From assembly GCA_950097015.1 (NCBI GenBank), contig CATNEN010000001.1, forward strand, positions 9,238,001 through 9,302,000: a stretch of 64,000 bases of DNA. Reading direction: 5' to 3'. The notes under the pieces are model-generated. The model made no database searches and was not told the DNA's origin. It saw nothing but the letters and a program-made list of their open reading frames with translations. Positions 11,695 to 24,897 of this stretch are shown here, one piece after another. Made by a program: the position numbers and the translations under genes. The stretch comes from Macrostomum hystrix (taxonomy: Eukaryota > Animalia > Platyhelminthes). How positions within the stretch are numbered: the stretch's first letter is position 1; each line of letters starts with the position of its first letter.

Positions 11695-14600
11695 TCAGCC
11701 CCTATGCAGGCCTACAATGCCGGCGTCAATCAGTTTCTGCAGCTTAGTGCGCACCTGCGGATTCTGCAGATGTTCGGCAACAGCTTTGGGATCTTTCTGC
11801 ATCTGGCCTAGGATCATCTGCATAGCCGGATCGCTAAGGATGTCCTGAATCTCCGGATCGTTCAGCGCGGCCTGACGACGCTGCTCGTCGTTGGTGCCCA
11901 TTTCGGCCTGCATGTAGCCGTCCTTGGCCTCTTCGCAGGTTTCGTCGATTTCTAGGGCCTTCCTGCACAATGCGCGGATTTATAATCAACATTTAGCAAC
12001 AAAGTCAACAAATATGAATTATAATTCCCGCTTTTAACAGCTTGGCGAACTGAAGCAACGCAGAGTCAAGTCTTCTGCTAAAAAAGACACAAATTGCTCC
12101 AGCATAGTCGGGACTCGAACCCCCGACCACTAGGCTACAAACCACTCACGGATTCATGATTGGGCAATAAGAAGGAAATTTTAGGGATTTAAACACAAAT
12201 TATTGGAAAAATAGATTGGATTTTAGAAATTATTTACATTTCGGTTGATAAAAATCTGTAATATTACCGGGATGTTATATTATGGGATTTAAAAAGTTAA
12301 GAAAGATTTTTATTTAATCGGATTGAAAAATACTGAATTTCTCGTCATGGGATTTGGAAACGTGAATTAGGATTTCCGGTTTGAGGGTAAATAATAATAA
12401 TATTAGTTGCAGGAGGCTGCTTGAAATGGCACATCATTTGGTGACACTAGACCCGCAGCCAGCGAAGAGGCCATTCCGCCAATTTCGCTGACTCCAATGT
12501 CAACCAAAGATTTAGAAACTTAACAGAAATGATGAAAAATTATTTGATTAAATTTTCGTCAGCAAAAGCCTGTCACTGGTCAGTCAAAGTATAAAGTGTT
12601 GTAAGTAAATAAAAGAGTGGGTGGAATGACCTTCAGCAGGCTGTTAGCTACATAAAGAACACTTTTTTCCTGAAAATCGCTGAAACTAGTCAATTATAAC
12701 AAAAAAATCGCTGAAACTAGTCAATCATAACAAAAAATCGCTGAAACTAGTCAATCATAACAAAAAATCGCTGAAATGAGTCAATTATAACAAAAAATCG
12801 CTGAAAGTAGTCAATTATAACAAAAAATTGCTGAAATTAGTCAATTATTACAAAAAATCGCTGAAAGTAGTCAATTATAACAAAAAATTGCTGAAATTAG
12901 TCAATTATTACAAAAAATCGCTGAAATTAGTCAATTATAACAAAAAATCGCTGAAATGAGTCAATTATAACAAAAAATCGCTGAAAGTAGTCAATTATAA
13001 CAAAAAATTGCTGAAATTAGTCAATTATAACAAAAAATCGCTGAAATTAGTCAATTATAACAAAAAATCGCTGAAAGTAGTCAATTATAACAAAAAATCG
13101 CTGAAAGTAGTCAATTATAACAAAAAATTGCTGAAATTAGTCAATTATAACAAAAATCGCTGATATTAGTCAATTATAACAAAAAATCGCTGAAATTAGT
13201 CAATTATAACAAAAACTCGCTGAAATTAGTCAATTATAACAAAAAATTGCTGAAATTAGTCAATTATAACAAAAAATCGCTGAAATTAGTCAATTATAAC
13301 AAAAAATCGTTGAAACTAGTCAATTATAACAAAAAATCGCTGAAATTAGTCAATTATAACAAAAAATCGCTGAAACTAGTCAATTATAACAAAAAATTGC
13401 TGAAAGTAGTCAATTATAACAAAAAAATCGCTGAAACTAGTCAATTAAAAAAAATAACTGAAACTAGTCAATTATAACAAAAAATTGCTGAAAGTAGTCA
13501 ATTATAACAAGAGAATCGCTGAAACTAGTCAATTAAAAAAAATAACTGAAACTAGTCAATTATAACAAAAAATTGCTGAAAGTAGTCAATTATAACAAGA
13601 GAATCGCTGAAACTAGTCAATTATAACAAAAAATTGCTGAAAGTAGTCAATTATAACAAGAGAATCGCTGAAACTAGTCAATTAAAAAAAATAACTGAAA
13701 CTAGTCAATTATAACAAAAAAATCGCTGTGATGGCAACACAAGCCCCCAAGCCTTCTCTCCGCGGCTGCGCCCCAATTGAATGTGGCCTCGCCGCGGAAT
13801 CGAGCTCAGGGACCTTGGTGCGAAAGACAAACGCGTTAACCGCCCTGCCACCGACCCCCAGGCTACATGTTATAGAAGCAGGAAAAAACATTAGGGATTT
13901 AAGATTACAGTACTTTGGGATATTAATTCAGATACACTGTAATGAAAAGAGGCAACCTAATTAGGATTTTAAGCTAAATGATTAAAAATGGGATAAAAAA
14001 ACACAAACAAATTACATTTTTAAAACAAATTCTCACCTGTAAGCTTCAGCAGCTTTGACATTCTCCTTCATAGCCATCAGGCAAGCGCCTTTGCGTAGGT
14101 AGCCCTTAATAAACTTCGGATCCTTTTTGATGCAAGTGTCGCAATCCTTCAGTGCCATGTTGAATTCCATCAGTTTAGTGTAGCAAGCGGCCCGGTTGCT
14201 ATACAGCTTTGGATCATCCGGGTTGCGTTTAATAGCCTCGCTATAATGCCTAATAGCGTCGGGAAATTTGCCCTTAGCAAAATGTTCGTTACCTTTAGTC
14301 TTCTCCTCTTCGGCTAGTTCGGGATTAATAAAGGCTCTCTCCTCCATGATTTTCAATTCTTTTTCAATCTCCTGGGCGCGTTTGATGACATCTGGCGCGC
14401 GGTGCTCGCTAAGCGACTTGTCGAAATAGCGTTTAGCTTCGCGCAAATTGCCTAGCTTAACGTAGGCATTTGCAATGCGGGCTAGAGCTTTGGCTATCAG
14501 CTTGAAATCGGCTCCGTGCTCACGCCCAATATCAATAGCCTTCTGGCACTCGGCTATGCACTCATCGTAGCGAGACTGCTCAAAGTACACGGCGGCAGTG

Positions 14601-17600
14601 TTGGTGTACAGAGACACATTGTTTGGCGTAAACTCCATGGCCTGTTTATAAAGCTCGATAGCTTTGTCAAACTGCTTGGCTTTGTAGGCCGAGTTGCCCT
14701 GCTCTTTGAGTTCGCTGGCCTGTAAATGTTTGGGTTTTTAAAACTGCTTTAACATACTTACATAAGCTTCGCGGCGTGTTTTTAGGGGAACTACTGGTAA
14801 TCGTGTGGAAATGTCATGGTTAGGCAATCCTTATCATCGTTGAAATGACAGGTAATCCTTATCAGCGAGGAAATGACATGTAATCCTTATCAGCGTGGAA
14901 ATGACATGTAATCCTTATCAGCGTGGAAATGACAGGTAAACCTTATTAACTTGGAAATAACATGTAATCCTTATCAGCGTGGAAATGACATGTAATCCTT
15001 ATCAGCGTGGAAATGACATGTAATCCTTATCAGCGAGGAAATGACATGTAATCCTTATCAGCGAGGAAATGACAGGTAATCCTTATCAGCGTGGAAATGA
15101 CATGTAATCCTTATCAGCGCGGAAATTACATATATAATCCCTTATTGCAAGGAAATGACAGGTAATCCTTATCAGCGCGGAAATTACATATATAATCCCT
15201 TATTGCAAGGAAATGACAGGTAATCCTTATCAACGTGGAAATGACAGGTAATCCTTATCTACGTGGAAATGACAGGTAAACCTTATTAACTTGGAAATGA
15301 CAGGTAATCCTTATCAGCGTGGAAATGACATGTAATCCTTATCAGCGAGGAAATGACATGTAATCCTTATCAACGTGGAGATGACAGGTAATCCTTATCT
15401 ACGTGGAGATGACAGGTAATCCTTATCAACGTGGAAATGACAGGTAATCCTTATCTACGTGGAAATGACAGGTAATCCTTATCAGCGAGGAAATGACATG
15501 TAATCCTTATCAGCGTGGAAATGACAGGTAAACCTTATTAACTTGGAAATAACATGTAATCCTTATCAGCGTGGAAATGACATGTAATCCTTATCAGCGT
15601 GGAAATGACATGTAATCCTTATCAGCGAGGAGATGACAGGTAATCCTTATCAACGTGGAAATGACAGGTAATCCTTATCTACGTGGAAATGACAGGTAAT
15701 CCTTATCAGCGAGGAAATGACATGTAATCCTTATCAGCGTGGAAATGACAGGTAAACCTTATTAAATTGGAAATAACATGTAATCCTTATCAGCGTGGAA
15801 ATGACATGTAATCCTTATCAGCGTGGAAATGACATGTAATCCTTATCAGCGTGGAAATGACATGTAATCCTTATCAGCGTGGAAATGACATGTAATCCTT
15901 ATCAGCGAGGAAATGACATGTAATCCTTATCAACGTGGAGATGACAGGTAATCCTTATCATCGTTGAAATGACAGGTAATCCTTATCAGCGAGGAAATGA
16001 CATGTAATCTTTATCAGCGTGGAAATGACAGGTAAACCTTATTAACTTGGAAATAACATGTAATCCTTATCAGCGTGGAAATGACAGGTAATCCTTATCA
16101 GCGTGGAAATGACAGGTAATCCTTATCTACGTGGAAATGACAGGTAATCCGTATCTACGTGGAAATGACAGGTAATCCTTATCTACGTGGAAATGACAGG
16201 TAATCCGTATCTACGTGGAAATGACAGGTAATCCTTATCAACGTGGAGATGACAGGTAATCCTTATCTACGTGGAAATGACAGGTAATCCTTATCTACGT
16301 GGAAATGACAGGTAATCCTTATCTACGTGGAAATGACAGGTAATCCTTATCTACGTGGAAATGACAGGTAATCCTTATCTACGTGTAAATAACAGGTAAT
16401 CCTTATCTACGTGGAAATGACAGGTAATCCTTATCTACGTGGAAATGACAGGTAATCCCTTACTGCGAGGAAATGACAGGTAATCCTTATCTACGTGGAA
16501 ATGACAGGTAATATCCGTGAGCAATGTGACAGTAATACGAGATAATTATAAGCGATAGGTTAATATACAAATCAGTGATCTCACCTTTTTCTCTTCAGCG
16601 CTAGCTTCGCTAGTGGCGGATGACGACGGCTTCTGCTGCTGCTGCTGCTGCGGCGGCCACTGCCGAGCCGTGGGCTGATCGGTCTCCATCGTCTCCTCTT
16701 CTCCGGCGTCACCGCCAGCGCCGTTCATTGCGTCATCAAGATTAACGCCGAGTAATTCGCTGACACAAGCCATCACTCTGAAAAGAGGCATGCGTTTAAT
16801 TGCTGATTATTATTTCCTATCAATCTAAACACCGGCTATTGATTCCTACAAACAGTTTATGATAGTCAAATCTTTCGAATTTAAATATTTAAGCGTTCGT
16901 TTCTTATAATGCAAAATTTTCTTCCGTGAAATCCAAGCTTTTGATCAATAACATTCAAAATGTGATTCTTAGAATCCAGGCTTTTATATTGTAAGAATTT
17001 AAACTTTTTATTCCTAGAATCCAAGCTGTCGGTTCTGAGAATCATAGCTTTTTTCTAAGAATTCGCGCTGTAAATCATCTATCGATTATAAGAGTGTGAT
17101 TCTTAGGTTTATCTACCATAATGCCAGACATTTTACAATATTAAAACTTATTAAATGACAAAATTAGATGATAAAAATATTTTGAAATCTCAGAAACAGC
17201 ACTAATGACACAGGAGCATTTAGTAAAATCAGGTTGAAAATGACCAACCTTGGATCCTGAATAAACTGTCCCAGCTTAGCCGGATCCTGTTGCATCATTT
17301 GTAGTTTCAATCGAAAATCCGCATCACTCAAATAGGCTCTCAACTTTGGCGATCGTTGAATTCGGTCCATCAGTTTCGGATCGGCAAATGGATTAAAGAA
17401 TGCTTTATTGCCAGACTGGGAATAAGCATTCTCTAACGCGGCTTTCAGTTGGGCATTATCTGGCTCCTTTTGCAAGGCATCTTCGTAAACTGCCACAGCT
17501 TCGTCGAAGCGGCCGAGAAATTCCAAAGCGGCGCCCTTGCGAGTGAAGCCTTTGGTCCAGTTGGGCGCCAATTTGACGCACTCCTCGGCGTCAGAGAGGG

Positions 17601-17763
17601 CTTCGGTGTAGCGCTCAGCTTTGCAATAGGCTGCTGATCGATTGCTAAACAGTACATGATTGCCTGGGTCGAGTTTCAGGGCCTCAGAGTAGCAACTTAT
17701 TGCTTCGTCAATATTGCCAGCAGATAGAGCAGCATTGCCTTTGTTCTTTAGTTCCTCTGCCAT
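11695..17763 (-). CDS. STIP1: Stress-induced phosphoprotein 1 / Hsp70-Hsp90 organising protein (HOP), coding exons 17763-17249, 16777-16585, 14719-14037, 11962-11695; 552 aa
   Basis: TPR1 (ELKNKGNAAL..NHVLFSNRSAAY), DP1, TPR2A, TPR2B (EEEKTKGN..LYSNRAACYTKL) and DP2 (DPEIQDILSDPAMQMIL..KLIDAGIV). GT-AG introns in phase, 1659 nt total. Confidence 0.96.
12098..12150 (-). pseudogene. tRNA-like 3' half fragment (possible head of a second SINE family)
   Basis: Minus strand reads GTCGGGGGTTCGAGTCCCGAC, a B-box/T-arm-like hairpin. No A-box or full cloverleaf. Confidence 0.35.
12390..12495 (-). mobile_element. SINE 3' fragment with (TAT)n tail
   Basis: Matches the 3' end of the 9010-9345 SINE (AATGGCACATCATTTGGTG..CTAGACCCGCAGCC). 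Confidence 0.8.
12673..13728. repeat. 30-bp intronic minisatellite (AAAAATCGCTGAAATTAGTCAATTATAACA)
   Basis: About 35 tandem copies in the last STIP1 intron. Confidence 0.95.
13735..13860 (-). mobile_element. SINE 5' (tRNA head) fragment
   Basis: AAACGCGTTAACCGCCCTGCCACCGACCCC matches the head of the other copies. Confidence 0.82.
14800..16520. repeat. 28-bp intronic minisatellite (AATGACAGGTAATCCTTATCAGCGTGGA)
   Basis: About 60 tandem copies in a STIP1 intron. Confidence 0.95.
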
Positions 17764-18689
17764 TGTTTGTTTCTGTTGAAGTTTTTAATAAAACAGGCAT
17801 TAAAAAATCTACTTTTACCAAAAGTTAGTGCATCACAAAAGCACAATTAACATGTATAAAAACTTATAACATAACATTTGTGCATTTATGTGTACCTTAA
17901 CCAACAATTTCTCCATATTGACCACATGGTACTAAAAAGAAGTCCCCACCCCACTAGCAAAAAATTGTCTTAATTTAACTAATGAAGGTGTATTCAATGT
18001 TAAAAACATTTTTCTTTACCAATTTTTTATAAGCTTCTTCTTCTGTATATCCCTAAGAAAAACAATTAATTTTATTCCTACACAATCTTACTTTGTGTAT
18101 AAGGGTAGCTGTATATAGTGCATATAAAAACAAAACATGTAAATTCTATATAATTATATTTTAATACTTTTTGCCTTTGTAATTGTGATGTGAAAGTAAA
18201 CTTAAGAAAACTTTCTTCTTTTTAGCAGGCATGGATTGTTAAAAACAACTATTGTTTAGTAAATTCTTAAATTTTAACCACTTTTAGTTTTTACAAACTA
18301 CAAATCCAAAAAATGTCAGTATAAAATATACATTTGAAATTTAAATGCTATAACTTGGTACTTTTTGTGATTTATCAGCACCCTATTGGAAAAAGTTGAC
18401 AATCCACAGACAGCAACTAACACACTTTGGATTTTTCTAAAGCACACACTTTTTCCTACTTCACTGCTATTTGAAAAGATGTGAGCAGCTAGCAAAAAGA
18501 GGCATGACTAAAGCACTAAATATTTCCATTATATTTTCCATTAGGTCTTAATATTAGAAAACAGGAGCCTACTAAACACTTATTTACTACACTAAAGTTT
18601 ATAGTGATAGGCCTACCAAAATTTTTGGTCAAATGGCAAATGTCAATTAGGGGGCCTATATATGCATACAGTACAAGTGACAAATTTAT

Positions 18690-19268
18690 GGGTGCCACTC
18701 TTTTCGTCTACCACTCTTTTCGTGCTGGGTAGACGAAAAAACTATTTTGCATTGAACTTTTCATCTGCTAGAAACTCAAGTTTAACGAGACTTCGATTCT
18801 TAGAACAACTGAAATCAGTAAAACAATCAATCAAACGACAAAATATTGTACAAATTAAAAATTTATAAAACTGAATTTCAATTAAGTAAAACAATATAAT
18901 AAAAAACTTGTGTTTTCTACTAAAAGTAATGCTGCAAATTTGCTAAAAATTTTTAATATGAAAATGAGAGAAGTAAGTGAGAACAGCTCTTGTCTCAATT
19001 GGGGATTCCTGTGAGCCCTACCCCAACACTCCAGGAAACCTGGATGTTTTGGTGCCAACAAACCAAGGACTTCTATAAATAGCATCTATAGAAGATGCTT
19101 CTATTCTAATTCAGTGGTCCTTGAAACAAAGACACCCCTATACACACACACAAACTACATGGCAGGGCTTATACTCGTATATGCCATAGAATGGCCAGCA
19201 GACGAACATGTTTGCATTTTCGTCTACTGAGCAGACGAACTGGCGGTAGACGAAAGAACTGGAATCCC
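18690..19268. mobile_element. Non-autonomous DNA transposon (MITE), 579 bp, GG-initiated TIRs, 8-bp TSD
   Basis: Left GGGTGCCACTCTTTTCGTCTACC and right GGTAGACGAAAGAACTGGAATCCC. AAATTTAT is directly duplicated at 18682-18689 and 19269-19276. Confidence 0.75.
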
Positions 19269-19569
19269 AAATTTATAGTCATATGCTCTAACTTGGCTAA
19301 TGTGAAATAAAAATATACTTGTTCATAAAAACTTTAGGGATAGAGCTCAAGAGACTGGAAACCTACAAAGCTTAGGGCCTAAAGCTACTTCATTTCATCC
19401 TTCACTTCTACGAATCTGCACTAGGCCTAGCTGCTGTTTCTTAAACGTGTGCCTAAAGTAATAGGCCTATCAATATGCCCTGACAAGAGGCAACAAACAG
19501 TAAAAAATATGAGAAGTGATTGTACCCATCCAAAAACCAGTAGAACTTATATATTTCACTAATACTTAC

Positions 19570-19698
19570 CAATAGGGCTTAGATCAGGGCTAAACTATAG
19601 ATTCGTATCGTTTCAAGAAATAAAGACACGTTGAACTCGTTAGAACGTTGGATGACCGTTTTTGTTTCTTATAAAGTATACAGAGAAGCTTCTAGAAA
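19570..19698 (-). promoter_or_regulatory. STIP1 promoter: heat-shock element, TATA-like box and putative non-coding exon 1
   Basis: Perfect nGAAnnTTCnnGAAn (aGAAgcTTCtaGAAa, 19684-19698). Minus-strand TTTATAAG at about 19668-19675. Donor G|GTAAGT at 19569 and acceptor TTCAACAG| at 17773, 9 nt before the ATG. Confidence 0.7.
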
Positions 19699-20197
19699 GT
19701 GCTCATATTTTAACAAAGATGTTTCGGCTGTCAAATACATAGCAGCACATCCAGACTTCTAACTACTAAATATTTACAAATTAAAATCCCTAGTCTCTTG
19801 GCTAAAATAAAATATAACTTCCTTCCGACTAATTCTTCGCACTCTTTCTTTACGGAATATTTGCCAGAATTTCCTGATACACTAGATCTTTTTTGCTTAT
19901 TGGTTTCATATTTTTAGGAAAAAAAAATTGTTTGCTTATATTTAATAATGGAACTTTTTAGCAAAAGTTGAAATCCTTGTTCACAACTCGACGTTGCAAT
20001 TTTCTGATTTGTATGACTATTATTGCTGATCAACTTGATCGAAAAACTGATTGCGCTGCATTGGTTTAGCTGCTGCTGGCCGGTTACTGCCTATTACAAA
20101 TAAGCAAATCTGCTTTGCTATGTGAAAACTGACAGAGTTTAGAAGAAGCGGTCAAAGGAGTATTTTGTATTTGGATTTGTATTAGTACAATTTTAGT

Positions 20198-21030
20198 GCA
20201 ATCAGAGTCACTCCACAGTGGTAGGACACAATCAGAGTCACTCACACAGTGGTAGGACACAATCAGAGTCACTCAAACAGTGGTAGGATACAATCAGAGT
20301 CACTCACACAGTGGTAGGACACAATCAGAGTCACTCACACAGTGGTAGGATACAATCAGAGTCACTCTCACAGTGGTAGGATACAATCAGAGTCACTCAC
20401 ACAGTGGTAGGATACAATCAGAGTCACTCTCACAGTGGTAGGATACAATCAGAGTCACTCACACAGTGGTAGGACACAATCAGATTCACTCACACAGTGG
20501 TAGGACACAATCAGAGCCACTCACACAGTGGTAGGACACAATCAGAGTCACTCACACAGTGGTAGGACACAATCAGAGTCACTCACACAGTGGTAGGACA
20601 CAATCAGAGTCACTCACACAGTGGTAGGATACAATCAGAGCCACTCACACAGTGGTAGGACACAATCAGAGCCACTCACACAGTGGTAGGACACAATCAG
20701 AGTCACTCACACAGTGGTAGGACACAATCAGAGTTACTCTCACAGTGGTAGGACACAATCAGAGTCACTCACACAGTGGTAGGACACAATCAGAGTCACT
20801 CACACAGTGGTAGGACACAATCAGAGTCACTCACACAGTGGTAGGACACAATCAGAGTCACTCACACAGTGGTAGGACACAATCAGTCACTCACACAGTG
20901 GTAGGACACAATCAGAGTCACTCACACAGTGGTAGGACACAATCAGAGTCACTCACACAGTGGTAGGACACAATCAGAGTCACTCACACAGTGGTAGGAC
21001 ACAATCAGAGTTACTCTCACAGTGGTAGAG
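20198..21030. repeat. 31-bp minisatellite (CAATCAGAGTCACTCACACAGTGGTAGGACA)
   Basis: About 27 tandem copies. Confidence 0.95.
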
Positions 21031-22139
21031 ACACTATCAAACTATAGTGTATAACGGTAAGTGTCTAAGTATCTAAACACATGGAGCTGAATAAACTGTC
21101 AAATGTGACGCTGCGCCTCAAGTTAAATCGATACTCGAAAGACATTGTGCGACGTGCGGAGATAAAAATTTGCTAGATAAAATACTAAACTGGCGCTGTA
21201 CTATACGCGAAAATCTAAGTAAATTTCCAAGCAGACTAAAGTGCAGTTAACTGCTAGATATTAGTGGCGAAATAGTTGGAGTTATTAGTGCTAGACACGA
21301 TTCGAGTTAATGTATTATCAGAATTAGGTAGACCCCAGTATTAAATAAATATGGCGTTATTGGGCAAGAAAAAACGGTCTAGCTGTCAAAAACGTCAAAT
21401 CTGATATGAGCACTGAAGTACTAGTTTGATTTGCATGAGACCATGCACACAGTGGACTTATACGAGGCTATGATATCTACAAATGACAATTTGTAGTATT
21501 TCAAATATCTACTATCTATTTCACGAATGCTCTCAAACCGATTAACCAATTTTCGTAAAAGTCCACTATTTCGATCTAAACTTTGCACCCTTTATGATAA
21601 ACCAACTTTCAAAATCCGTCCGAGTCAGCATTGTCGAGATGTTCAGCAATTCTTGTCGAAGACCCTGGTGACAAGGACAAATAGCATTGCTCTGTGTAAA
21701 AACATTGGTTTAAATATTCCTCATTGGGTTAATGATATAAAAATTTACAATATAATCAATGCACTATAATTAACAATAATAGCCGACATGGTTACTATGG
21801 TTACATGAAGAAATTTTGTGAGCAGAAAAATTATGCCTATATTGGTGGTTTTTGTCACCAGACACCCCGACAAAGTCGTTGAATATTACGACGATTTCGA
21901 TGTTTTGTGATTCTGGAAGTTTTTCATCGGATAGAGCGGATATTTGAAATAACCACACGTGCTCTCTTTACTGCTAAGGAAATAAGGAGAACTGAGTCGC
22001 TTGTGACAAGGAACCCGAGATGACTGTGGACATGGCGTTGGTTTGTGGGCAAATAATGCATCAATTGAGCCGATAATAGCTTTTTAATAGCATGGTATTT
22101 GCTTTTAAATGACCAAGTCCTCTTTGATCAAGGTCTAGG

Positions 22140-22720
22140 CCCTCTCAAGCCAAGTATTTTTAACAGTCCCACGTGACAGCAAACAGCTACTCGCTCCTCT
22201 CGCTGCTGGCGTCACAGCTGAAGCCGCCGCAGAACACCTCCTCCACCGGCTGCCCTGGAGACTGGCTTTGCCACCGCTGCATCCGCTGGCTCCTCCTTCG
22301 TCGAAGACCCCAGACAAAGCCGTCGCCTCCGGTGCTGCTGTTGCTGCTGTTGATGTTGTTGTTTGCAGGGGCGCTGAGTGATGCTCAGCCCAGGATGTCA
22401 CTGGAGAGCTCGAGCGCGCTGTAAACGAGGGCCATACCTGCTGTTCTAGGAAATGAGCTGGCACGAGCTTCGGTCTTCCCGAGGCCCTCCGCGGCTCTTT
22501 TAGCCAGGTGGTCGACCATCTCGTTGCCTTTCAGGTCGCAATGACCTGTCGCAATGATCCGCCGAACTGTGATCTGACCCGGAACGGTGTGGTCGAGCGC
22601 CCGGAAGTGCCGGCGCCGGCTGGTCAGGACGGTTGAGTAGCGCTTGGCTGTCCGAGCAAATGAGGAAAGGGGCCGGTATTCTGGTGATCTCAGGCCCAAT
22701 GCGCCGCCCGCTAGAAGGCT
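22140..22720 (-). pseudogene. Degenerate non-LTR retrotransposon fragment (RNase H C-terminus)
   Basis: GC-rich island. ITVRRIIATGHCDLKGNEMVDHLAKRAAE resembles the RNase H motif WxxGHxxxxGNExADxLAKxA. Confidence 0.65.
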
Positions 22721-23371
22721 AAAGCTTCCTCTTCATTTTTACTGATAAGTGCATGGTTTGGCGGAAAATGTTGGCCGATGTCGCCAGGACGCAGAGCTGG
22801 TCGCTGGGACAAAGCACATTCCGGTTGCATCAAGATTTTCACTATGGAATCTTGGAAAAGGTGACCTAACACTGCTTTATGCACGTCGCGTCCTAAATAT
22901 CATGATGAAGCCGACATCATATATAGTTAAGAGATTCTGTGCGACTAATTTCGAAAAATGTAATAGTATTTTTTAATTAGAATTTTCAGCGCACTGTTTT
23001 GGCTGTAGGACCATCGAGCAAAGTAAAGTAAATCATGAGATTATTTGCAGGTTAGTAGACACTATGCACATATGCCAGCTACGAATCATACGTATGGCTT
23101 ACGCATTGTAAATAACATTTCGGTCATTTTGGACGTCATAAAACTAATGGCTGTGAACTTAAGCACATGCTCGAAACTGGAAATTGCAGCTGAAATTCTC
23201 CCGCAAAAAATGCCGGAATGTCAAAGTAATGTCACCTTTGACACATGAGGACTAAAAATCATTATTTATCAGTAGTTATACTAGTCTATATAAGACGAAT
23301 TATTAGACCTAAAAATCTCCATATATCGATAAAAAATATTCACACATTTTCCAAAGTTGTGACTTAGCAAA

Positions 23372-24897
23372 ATGAAAAGCTTGTTGCTCGTCTTCCTCGT
23401 TGCCACGGCTGCACTTGCCGATGTAAGTAAATCACGTGGTCTGTACTGTACATAGTACAATCTATATCTCTTACCATCATACGAACCATCTCGTTACCAA
23501 TTCCATCTCGCATTTTGAAGTCGTGAAAATTAAACGAGCATACCCTCATTGCACACAGCAGCCACCAGTTGACGACCCGTCGGCTCAAGAATATGGCAAT
23601 GAAATCGAGGGCGACATGATCGAGCCGTTTGAAGGGGTGAGTAGGGCGGTCTTCTGTTGTCATATCAGCATAGGGATTTATTGTCATTTTGACAACTAAA
23701 TCAGCATGACCTCTGCAGGCGTTCTCTGGCCTGCTGAGCTCTTCCAATCGCTGGCCTGGCGGAGTGGTCGTGTACACCTTTGACTCTGGCATCTGTAAGT
23801 GCAGAGGGCTTCCAAATCTTATTACTAGGCAATTCATAATTTAGCAGAGACAAAACTTCCTACCTGTTCTATTTTGCTAATGAAGCGTCTACAGCCAAAT
23901 CGCGCAGTCTGACAGCGATGCAGCGCATCACTCAGGAGACTGGAGGCTGCATCAAGTTCCGCCAAGCCACCAACGCCGACGGTTCTAAATACGTCCGCAT
24001 CAAGCACAAAAGCGACGGGTGAGACTTCCACAGTGATTCATTGTGATGTCTATTTTATGTGGCATTGCAGTTGTATCATACTGAGGTTCATCGATACCAA
24101 TGTCAGGTGCTCCGCTACTGTTGGATACACGGGTCGCGAGACTAGAGTTGAACTGGCTTCCGACTGCTCTCTTGGCTCGATTATGCACGAGTTCCAGCAC
24201 ACTCTGGGTTTGATTGGATTGACTGACTTTTCGAAATATAATATATAAACTATCTTTAAAGTTATTGCCTGTAGTTAGGAGTGTTGCGATTCGTGCGATT
24301 CAATCTTTACCACCCGGACATTTTTCCAGGCATCTATCATCAACAGAGCCGACCTGACAGAAACTCATTTGTTTCCATCGCTTATGAGAACATTCAGACA
24401 AGTAAGAAATTATTAGTTATGTGCTTTCTCTTCTCAGGAGTATATTGTCGTATCGATCGGTGTCACTAAAAGCGATTATCAAAATTCAATTATTTAATGG
24501 CTATTGTGCCACGTAGCAGCCAAAAGTTTATGAGTTACAACAATTATACGAAGGTTCTTGACTAAGTAATATGTAACATGCGCCCACTTGGACTGGCTTG
24601 CCAAATGATGTGTCAACTGTATGCAGAGCTGTATTCCTGTGGTGTGATCAAACAATTTTTCTGTTTGCAGATCGCGAGGGCAATTTCGAAAGGCGCAGCA
24701 GCTCTCAGGTTGGCTCCTTTGGCGTGCCCTACGACTTCGGCAGCCAGATGCACTATTCCGAGTACGCGTTCAGCAAGAACGGACGGAAAACCATTGTGCC
24801 TCTGCCCGGCAAGGTGCCAGCCGGTGTTAGGATTGGTCAACGAGATCGCATGAGCAGCGGCGACGTTAGATTGGTCAAAGCCATGTATAGGTGCTGA
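23372..24897 (+). CDS. Secreted astacin (M12A) metalloprotease, copy 1; exons 23372-23422, 23559-23636, 23719-23794, 23886-24018, 24107-24207, 24330-24401, 24671-24897; about 245 aa
   Basis: Signal peptide MKSLLLVFLVATAALA, propeptide IEGDM, RWPGGVVVY, GCIKFR, zinc motif HEFQHTLGIYH, Met-turn YDFGSQMHY. Splice phases are consistent (738 nt). Confidence 0.92.

Noticed and set aside
20198-21030. RSS/Transib-like CACAGTG heptamer in every unit
   Set aside because: No nonamer at 12/23 spacing and no inverted partner or transposase.
23364-23837. Similar antisense ORFs at 23364, 33177 and 40065
   Set aside because: They are reverse-strand shadows of the duplicated astacin exons and introns.
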